This document shows, in pieces, positions 55,269 to 64,000 of a stretch of 64,000 nucleotides of DNA. The DNA is from an uncultured Thermoleophilaceae bacterium (GTDB lineage: Bacteria > Actinomycetota > Thermoleophilia > Solirubrobacterales > Thermoleophilaceae). The translations under genes and the position numbers were made by a program. Each line of letters opens with the position of its first letter. Position 1 is the first letter of the stretch. The DNA lies in contig CAWBAP010000009.1 of NCBI GenBank assembly GCA_963786845.1, positions 5,131-69,130 of the forward strand, in the 5' to 3' direction. The notes beneath the pieces are model-generated. The model did no database searches and had not been told where the DNA came from. It saw only the letters and a program-made list of their open reading frames with translations.

Positions 55269-56356
55269 TGCACGTGGCTCAGGCGCCGGCCACGCGCGAG
55301 GAGCTCGCGTCCGCGCTCGCGGCGGCCGCCGAGGCGGGCACGCCCGTGAGGTTCCGCGGCGGGGGCACGAAGCTGGGCTGGCCGCCGCCGGCGCCCGCCG
55401 GGGCGCTCGAGCTCTCGACCGCAGGGCTCACCGAGATCGTGGAGCACAACGCGGGCGACCTCACCGCCGTGCTCGGCGCGGGCGTTCCACTCGCGGAGGC
55501 GCAGGCGCTGTTCGCCAAGGAGAACCAGCGGCTGGCGCTCGACCCGCCCGACGGCGGCGCCACGATCGGCGGCGTCGTGGCGAGCGGCGACACCGGCCCG
55601 CTCCGCGGCCGCTACGGCGGCCCGCGCGACCTCGTGGTCGGGATGCGCGTCGCCCTCTCCGACGGCACGCTCGCGAAGAGCGGCGGCAAGGTCATCAAGA
55701 ACGTCGCCGGCTACGACATAGCGAAGCTGTTCGCGGGCTCGTTCGGCGGCCTCGGCGCGATCGTCGAGCTGTCCGTGCGCCTGCATCCCGTGGCGCCCGA
55801 TACGGCGACGGCGCTGGGCGAGGCAGGCGACCCCGGCGAGCTCGCGCGCGGCGCGGCGGCGATCGGCCAGTCTCCGCTAGAGCACCACGGCATCGACGTC
55901 CGCTGGCAGGGCGGCCGCGGAGCCGTGCTGGCGCGGTTCGCCGGCGCCGCGCCGCGCCCGCAGGCCGAGGCGGCCCTGAGGCTGCTCCAGGCCGAGGGTC
56001 TCGCGAGCGAGATCGTCGACGACGACGAGTCGCTCTGGGACCGGCAGCGTGCCGCCCAGCGCGGCCCGCTCGTGGTCAAGGTCTCGAGCCTCCCCACACG
56101 GCTTCCCGCCCTGCTTCGCGCTGTGGACGAGCTCGGCGGGTCGCTGGCCGGCCGGGCCGCGCTCGGACTGTCCTGGGTGCGCTTCGAGGAGCCCTCCGCG
56201 GCGGCGGTCGAGCGCCTGCGGCGTGAGTTCGTCGCCGCGGTGCAGGACCGGCCGGCCGACCTGGACGTGGATCCGGTCGGCCCGATCGACCCCGCGGTGC
56301 GCTCGCTCATGCAGCGCGTGAAGGAGCGCTTCGACCCGGCCGGGGTGTGCGTGTGA
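55268..56356 (+). CDS. glcE: glycolate oxidase FAD-binding subunit GlcE-like
   Basis: The ATG at 55268 overlaps the glcD stop (TGATG). It contains RFRGGGTKLGW and KVIKNVAGYDIAKLFAGSFGGLG. Confidence 0.8.
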   Translation: MHVAQAPATREELASALAAAAEAGTPVRFRGGGTKLGWPPPAPAGALELSTAGLTEIVEHNAGDLTAVLGAGVPLAEAQALFAKENQRLALDPPDGGATIGGVVASGDTGPLRGRYGGPRDLVVGMRVALSDGTLAKSGGKVIKNVAGYDIAKLFAGSFGGLGAIVELSVRLHPVAPDTATALGEAGDPGELARGAAAIGQSPLEHHGIDVRWQGGRGAVLARFAGAAPRPQAEAALRLLQAEGLASEIVDDDESLWDRQRAAQRGPLVVKVSSLPTRLPALLRAVDELGGSLAGRAALGLSWVRFEEPSAAAVERLRREFVAAVQDRPADLDVDPVGPIDPAVRSLMQRVKERFDPAGVCV

Positions 56357-57628
56357 GCGGCTACGACGACACGCGCGCGCCCGAGCTCGATCTGATCGCG
56401 GACTGCGTGCACTGCGGCTTCTGCCTCCCCACCTGCCCGACCTACGTGCTCTGGGGCGAGGAGATGGACTCGCCGCGCGGGCGGATCGTGCTGATGAAGG
56501 AGGGGCACGAGGAGATCTCGGCGCCGATGGTCACCCACCTGGACCGCTGCCTCGGCTGCATGGCGTGCGTCACGGCCTGCCCGTCGGGCGTCCAGTACGA
56601 CAAGCTGATCGAGGACGCGCGCCCGCAGATCGAGCGCAACTTCGAGCGCCCGCCGCTGGAGCGCGCGCACCGGCGCATGATCTTCGAGCTGTTCACGCGG
56701 CCGGGCCGGCTGCGCGCCCTGGCGCCGGCGGCGGCGGCCGCGCAGAAGCTCGGGCTCCCGCGGCTCGCGAGGCGGCCGCGGGTGCGCCGGCTCGTCCCCC
56801 GGCTCGCCGCGATGACCGCGATGACGCCCGATGCGCCGCTCAGGCGCTCCCTGTCGCGCCTGCCCGAGCGCTTCGAAGCGGTCGGCGAGCGGCGCGGGAC
56901 CGTCGCGCTCCTCCAGGGCTGCGTACAGCGCGTGTTCTTCGCGCACGTGAACGAGGCCACCGCCCGCGTGCTGGCCGCGGAGGGCTTCGAGGTGCACCTG
57001 CCGCGGCTGCCGCGCTGCTGCGGCGCGCTCGCGCTCCACGCGGGCGAGGACCCCCAGGCGCGCACGCTCGCCAAGGCCACGATCGAGGCGTTCGACGGAT
57101 TCGACACGGTCGTCGTGAACGCCGCGGGCTGCGGCTCCGCGATGAAGGACTACGGGCACGTGCTGCGCGACGAGCCGGCCTGGGCGGAGCGCGCCGCCGC
57201 CTTCGCGGGACGGGTGCGGGACGTGTCCGAGCTCCTGGCCGACGCCGGGCCGCGCGCGGAGCGCCGCCCCGTCGAGATGACGGTCGCCTACCACGACGCC
57301 TGCCACCTCGCGCACGCGCAGGGCGTTCGCGCGCAGCCGCGCGAGCTCCTGCGCGGCATCCCGGGCCTGAGGCTGGTCGAACCCGGCGAGTGGGAGCTCT
57401 GCTGCGGGTCCGCCGGGATCTACAACCTGGTCGAGCCCGAGCCCGCCGCCGAGCTGGGCGAGCGCAAGGCGCGCAACCTGCTCGACACCGGCGCGGAGGC
57501 GATAGCCGCCGGGAACCCGGGCTGCGCCCTCCAGATCAGCGCGCACACCGAGCGGCTGGGGCGCCGCGCTGCCGGTACTCCACCCGATGGAGCTGCTCGC
57601 GCGCTCGATCGCCCGCTCCATCGGGTGA
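56347..57628 (+). pseudogene. glcF: glycolate oxidase iron-sulfur subunit GlcF-like, one frame change near 57563 as assembled
   Basis: It has CVHCGFCLPTCP and CLGCMACVTACP plus two CCG motifs. The C-terminus ALPVLHPMELLARSIARSIG ends at the TGA at 57626..57628 in the +1 frame. Confidence 0.8.
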
Positions 57629-57632
57629 GCCA

Positions 57633-58418
57633 GTGTCCTCGCCGAACAGCCTGGACTTCTACGACGCCGAGCTGCGCGCTCACCACGAGCACCTTCGCGC
57701 CGCCTACGGGATCAGCCCCGGTGACGAGGTAGTCGACATCGGGTGCGGAACCGGGCTGACGACTCGCGAGGCGGCGCGCGCCGCGGCGCCGGGCCGCGTT
57801 GTCGGCGTCGACGTGTCCGAGCGCATGCTCGAGCGCGCCCGTCAGGTGACGGCGGCCGAACGGCTCGACAACGTCCGGTACGAGCTGGGCGACGCCCAGG
57901 TGCATCGCTTCGACCCCGCCGGCTTCGACGTGGCGATCAGCCGCTTCGGGACGATGTTCTTCTCCGATCCGGCCGCCGCGTTCGCCAACATCGCCGCCGC
58001 CCTTCGACCCGAGGCGCGCCTGGTGCTGCTCGTCTGGCAGCGACACGAGCACAACGAATGGGCGCGGGCGATCGACGCCGCGCTGGGCGACGCGGCGCAG
58101 CCACCGCAGCCGGGCGCGGACCCGTTCTCGCTCGGCGATGCCGAAGCCACCGCGGGCATCCTCGAGGGCGCCGGCTTCGACGGCGTGCGCTTCGAGGACG
58201 TCCACGAGCCGGTCCTCTACGGACACGACCTCGACGCCGCGCTCGCGTTCGTCCGGGGGTTTCAGGACACGAGCGCGGCCCTCGCGAGCCTGAGCGACGG
58301 CGAGGCGGCTCGTACCGTCGAGCGCCTGCGCGAGATGCTCGCGGCGCACTACAGCGACGAGCGCGGCGTGGTCCTCGATTCGCGTTCCTGGTTGATCACG
58401 GCCCGGCGACGCCGCTAA
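57633..58418 (+). CDS. class I SAM-dependent methyltransferase
   Basis: From the GTG at 57633, with VVDIGCGTGLTTREAA and FDVAISRFGTMFF. Confidence 0.75.
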   Translation: MSSPNSLDFYDAELRAHHEHLRAAYGISPGDEVVDIGCGTGLTTREAARAAAPGRVVGVDVSERMLERARQVTAAERLDNVRYELGDAQVHRFDPAGFDVAISRFGTMFFSDPAAAFANIAAALRPEARLVLLVWQRHEHNEWARAIDAALGDAAQPPQPGADPFSLGDAEATAGILEGAGFDGVRFEDVHEPVLYGHDLDAALAFVRGFQDTSAALASLSDGEAARTVERLREMLAAHYSDERGVVLDSRSWLITARRRR

Positions 58419-58434
58419 GAAAGCAGAAGCCGAC

Positions 58435-60053
58435 TCAGCAGCGCTGTGGGCGCGTCGCGTTCGGCGGCAGGCAGAGCACCCGCGAACGGGGCAGCTTCGT
58501 TCGCCGGATCGTGAAGCGCACGACCTTCCCGATCGAAGCCGGCGCCAGGACGCGCACCTCGAGCACGGCCCTGGGCCGCAACCTGGCCCTGCGCAGGAAC
58601 CTTCGGCGCAGGTCCACTGACCTGGCGGCCCTGCGTACCCTGACCTGCTTGACGCGCTTGAAGCAGCCCCTGCCCCTGCAGCGCAGTTGGATCGTCACCC
58701 CAGCGGGCACGCGCAGGACCTTGAGACGCGTGACGCGTGTAAAGCGGGGAAAGAGCAAAAAACGGCTGCGGATGGGTGTGTTGACTCGCGGGTAAGGCGG
58801 AGTGATCAGCGTGGCGTCGGAGCCGATCGTCGTCCCGATCGCGCTCGTGGCCACCACACGGAAGTGGACGGTCGACCGCGGCGTCAGTCCGGTGAGCTCT
58901 CCGGGCACGGCAACGTCGGTGCTGCCTGCTGCCAGCGCCACCGGTGCCGACGAGCTCCCGTACGCCGCCGAGGGCCCGTAGTCGAACCTGACCGTCGTGG
59001 GATAGTCGAGCGGGTTCACGGTGGCGGTCACGCTCGCCGAGTCGGGCCGGATCGAGGTCGCCCCGCCCGTGACCGCGGTCGGAGGCTCCAGAGTGACGAT
59101 GCCGAGCCGGTGACCGTTGTACTGCGCGAACCAGATGCGGCCGTCTGGTCCCGTGGTGATGCCGATCGGCGATCCGTTGGCCGTGATGCCCTGCGTGAAG
59201 AGCGTGATGGTGCCGTCGGGCGTGATGCGCCCCACGCGATCGTCGTTGAACTGGGTGAACCAGAGATTGCCGTCAGGCCCGGCGCTGATCTGGACGACGG
59301 GTCGTCATTTGGTGCGAGCGAGAACTCGGTCACCGTCCCGGCGGGGGTGATGCGCCCGATGCCCGCGGCTTCGGTGAACCAGATGTTTCCGTCCGGCCCG
59401 AGCGCGATCGAGTTCGGCGCCGCGCCCGGCGAGATTCCGGCGGTGAAGTCGGGCAGCAGGGTGCCGGCGGGCGTGATTCGGCCGATCGCACCGGATCCCT
59501 TGGTGAACCACAGGTTGCCGTCGGGCCCAGCGACGATGTCGCGCGGCCCTCCGGTGGTCGCAACCTCCTGGAAGTTGTTGTCGCTGAGCCGCAGGCGCCC
59601 GACCATGTCAGGCCCCGATTCCACGATCCAGATGTTGCCGTCGGGGCCGGCGGCGATCCCGCGCGGATTGCCGGAGGTCGTTCCAGCTGGGAACAGCACA
59701 ATCCCGCCCATCGGCGTGACCTTGGCGACCTTCCTGTGAGTGAACTCGGCGACCCAGAGGTTGCCGTCCGGGCCCGCGGTGATGGCGACAGGATCGGCGC
59801 CGGGAAGAAGCGCGAACTGACCGATGACTCCACCGTCCGGGCGAACCCTGTCGACGCGGTCGGCACCGTCCTCGGTGACGAAGAGGTTCCCATCCGAACC
59901 CGTGGCGAGATCGTTAGGCCCGCTGCCCGGCTCGAGCGGCACCTCGCCGATCCGCACCGCGCCCGCGTTGGGAATGAGGACCAGCGGGGTTGAGAGCGCT
60001 ATTGCCCAGGCGACGAGGAACGACCGGGTTCCCACGACAGGGACAGCTAACAC
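58435..60053 (-). pseudogene. secreted Vgb-like (streptogramin lyase-type) beta-propeller repeat protein with C-terminal Arg-rich domain, one frame change near 59300 as assembled
   Basis: It has a signal-like N-terminus and at least 7 repeats GPDGN(L/I)WF.....IGRITP.G. The C-terminal part is in ORF 58435..59235. Confidence 0.65.
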
Positions 60054-60111
60054 TACGGTCCATCCGAACGCAACCGGGCCAGGGCGAGGGCGGAGCGGGC
60101 AGAAGCCGGCG

Positions 60112-61593
60112 CTACGGCAACGGCCACTCGTGCACGGGCTCGTTCGCGTGCATGTGCTCGCGGTAGAGCACGGTCATCCGCCGCAGCGCCTCGGCGCGGT
60201 CCAGCTTCTGGTCCTCGTAGAGGCGGTGGAAGGTGGCGGCCTGCCAGGCGGCGCCGTTCTGCATCGTCACGCAGCGGCGCTCGATGATGCCGAGCAGGCG
60301 GTCGCGGTCGGCGGCGGCGACGCCGGCGTCCTCGAGTCCGGCGTGCGCGGCGGGCAGCAGGCGGCGCAGCACCAGCTCGGCCACCGGCACCTCCCCGACG
60401 CCGGGCCAGTAGACCCGCGCCTCGATCCCGTCGCGCGCGCCGGTGTGGAAGTTCTCCTCGGCGGCCGAGAACGACATCTGCGACCAGAGCGGGCGCTCCT
60501 CCGCCACGAGCGTCCGGATCAGCCCGTAGTAGAAGGCGGCGTTCGCGCAGATGTCGACCATGGTCGGGCCGGCGGGCAGGAGCCGGTTCTCCACGCGCAG
60601 GTGCGGGCGGTCGCCGCACGGTGTCGTAGATGGGCCGGTTCCAGCGGTAGATCGTGCCGTTGTGGAGGCGCAGCTCGTGCAGCTCGGGCGTGTCGCCGCG
60701 CTCGAGCACCTCGACCGGGTTCTCGCTCTCGCAGACCGGCAGCAGCGCCGGGAAGAAGCGCACGTTCTCCTCGAACAGGTCGAAGATCGAGGTGATCCAG
60801 CGCTCGCCGAACCAGACGCGCGGGCGCACGCCCTGCGCCTTCAGCTCCTCGGGGCGGGTGTCGGTGGCCTGCTCGAACAGCGCGATGCGCGTCTCGCGCC
60901 AGAGCTCGCGGCCGAAGAAGAACGGCGAGTTGGCCGCCACCGCGACCTGCGGGCCGGCGATCGCCTGGGCCGCGTTCCAGTGGCTCGCGAAGCCCTCGGG
61001 GTCGACCTGGAGGTGCAGCTGGACGCTCGTGCAGGCCGCCTCGGGCGCGATCGTGTCGGCGAAGGTGGAGAGGCGCTCGACGCCCGCGATCGAGATCTCG
61101 AGGTCCTCCCCGCGAGCGGCGAAGATCTGCTCGTTCAGCTGCTGGTAGCGCGGGCTGGGGCTGAACGCCTCGGCCGTCAGGTGCTGCTCCGCCGACGGTC
61201 GGCAGGATGCCGATGATCATCATGTGCGCGCCCACCGTTCGCGCGCGCTCCTCGGCGCGGTTGAGGCTGCCGCCGGACAGCCTCCTCGAGCTCGGTGAAG
61301 ACGTCGCCCTCGAGCAGCCGCGGCGGCACGTTGATCTCGACGTTGAACTGGCCGATCTCGGTCTGGAAGTCGGAGTCCGCGATCGCCTCGAGCGCGCGGG
61401 CGTTGGCCATGCCGGGTCGCCGGCCTCGTCGGTCAGGTTCAGCTCGATCTCGAGCCCGAAGGAGCGCCGGTCGGAGTCGAAGCGCGCCTCGCTGAGCATG
61501 CGAGCGAACACGTCGAGGCACGTCCGGACCTTCTGCCGATAGCGCTGGCGGTCCTCGCGCGAGTAGACCGCCGCCGGAGACCTCCTGTCCCAC
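60112..61593 (-). pseudogene. glutamate--cysteine ligase family 2 (GCS2, carboxylate-amine ligase) protein, about 5 frame changes as assembled
   Basis: The segments, in successive frames, are:
- MGQEVSGGG
- VYSREDRQRYRQKVRTCLDVFARMLSEARFD...LEIELNL
- MANARALEAIADSDFQTEIGQFNVEINVPP
- SLNRAEERARTVGAHMMIIGILPT
- PSAEQHLT...ANSPFFFGRELWRETRIALFEQ...
- DRPHLRVENRLLPAGPTMVDICANAAFYYGL...
Breaks lie near 61569, 61412, 61269, 61200 and 60618. Confidence 0.7.
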
Positions 61594-61618
61594 GTCCTGA
61601 CTCTATCCTCGACCGCTC

Positions 61619-63276
<1,658 letters not shown>

Positions 63277-63277
<1 letters not shown>

Positions 63278-64000
63278 TGAACATCGAAGCCCCCGACGAG
63301 CAGGAAACGCTCACAGACGAAGCCCTGGCCCTCGTGGGCCGGCTGCACGAGGAACTGGACGATCGCCGCCGCGAGCTGCTCGACGCGCGCCAGGAGCTCC
63401 AGGCGCGCCTCGACGCCGGCGAGACCCTCGATTTCGTAGGGGCACCCGAGGACTTCCAGGTCGCCCCCGTGCCGGACGCGCTGCAGGACCGGCGCGTGGA
63501 GATCACGGGGCCGACGAGTCGCAAGATGGTGATCAATGCCCTCAACTCGGGCGCGCGCGGCTTCATGGCGGACTTCGAGGACTCGAACTCGCCCAACTGG
63601 CGCAACATGATCGAGGGCCAGGTCAATCTGACGGACGCGATCAACGGCAGCATCGAGCACGACGAGAAGGGCAAGCACTACGAGCTCGAGACGGACCCCG
63701 CGGTGCTTCACGTCCGCCCCCGCGGCCTGCACCTGCCCGAGGCGCATCTCCGGATCGACGATGCGCCGGTCGCGGGCGCCTTCATGGACTTCGGCCTGTA
63801 CGTGCACCGCAACGCCGAGGCGCTGCTCGAGCGCGGCTGGGGCCCGTACTTCTACATCCCGAAGCTCGAGTCGCAGCACGAGGCGGCGCTCTGGCGCGAC
63901 GCGTTCCTGATCGCCGAGGAGGCGCTCGGCCTCGACCGCGGCACGATCAAGGCGACCGTCCTGATCGAGACGATCCCGGCCGCGTTCTGCATGGACGCGA
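63277..64000 (+). CDS. aceB: malate synthase A, N-terminal 241 codons (continues beyond the window end)
   Basis: My own translation from the ATG at 63277 gives MNIEAPDEQETLTDEALALVGRLHEELDDRRRELL...RRVEITGPTSRKMVINALNSGARGFMADFEDSNSPNW...YFYIPKLESQHEAALW...ATVLIETIPAAF. The ORF is open at the window edge, so it is not in the ORF track. Confidence 0.85.

Overview
This 64-kb chromosomal window comes from a very GC-rich bacterium (above about 70% G+C by eye). Gene content, GTGA/ATGA-coupled operons, delta-60-repeat proteins and Arg-rich C-terminal secreted proteins suggest an actinobacterium of the Thermoleophilia/Solirubrobacterales type; that placement is inference only.

Layout:
- 1-15 kb: an intact housekeeping block on the minus strand (smc, rnc, acpP, plsX, rpmF ... 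yceD, gloA, GFA, coaD, rsmD, recG, yloV, rpmB). A 4.2-kb insertion splits the normally adjacent yceD-rpmF pair. It carries a GMC oxidoreductase, two tandem collagen-like secreted proteins, a DsbA and a RibD_C-family gene.
- 15-22.5 kb: ltaE, two secreted proteins, and the ribD-ribE-ribBA-ribH operon.
- 22.5-44.4 kb: a large cell-envelope glycan region. It holds three GT-C-type membrane glycosyltransferases, a GtrB-like GT2, a Wzx-type flippase and an LPG-synthase-TM flippase-like protein, an LtaS-like enzyme and three methyltransferases. It also holds an FAD oxidoreductase, GH6, GH2, a sulfatase-fold enzyme, an EamA transporter and a delta-60 repeat protein.
- 44.4-49 kb: bcp, a hotdog-like protein, a molybdopterin oxidoreductase, a zinc-ribbon ORF and fmt.
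- 49-58.4 kb: lutCBA divergent from lctP-glcDEF-methyltransferase.
- 58.4-64 kb: a Vgb-like beta-propeller, a GCS2 ligase, ettA and the start of aceB.

I recognised no rRNA, tRNA, CRISPR array, transposase or integrase.

Two observations stand out:
- A 48-nt palindromic repeat occurs once intergenically and once as an exact 16-codon in-frame insertion in the EamA transporter.
- About 48 single-nucleotide frame changes cluster in 20 genes between 15.8 and 63.3 kb, while the first 15 kb and several long stretches are clean. Assembly indels are the most likely cause, but genuine pseudogenisation cannot be excluded from sequence alone.

The most system-like candidate is the composite extracytoplasmic glycosylation locus. 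I found no clear defence or otherwise obviously novel system.
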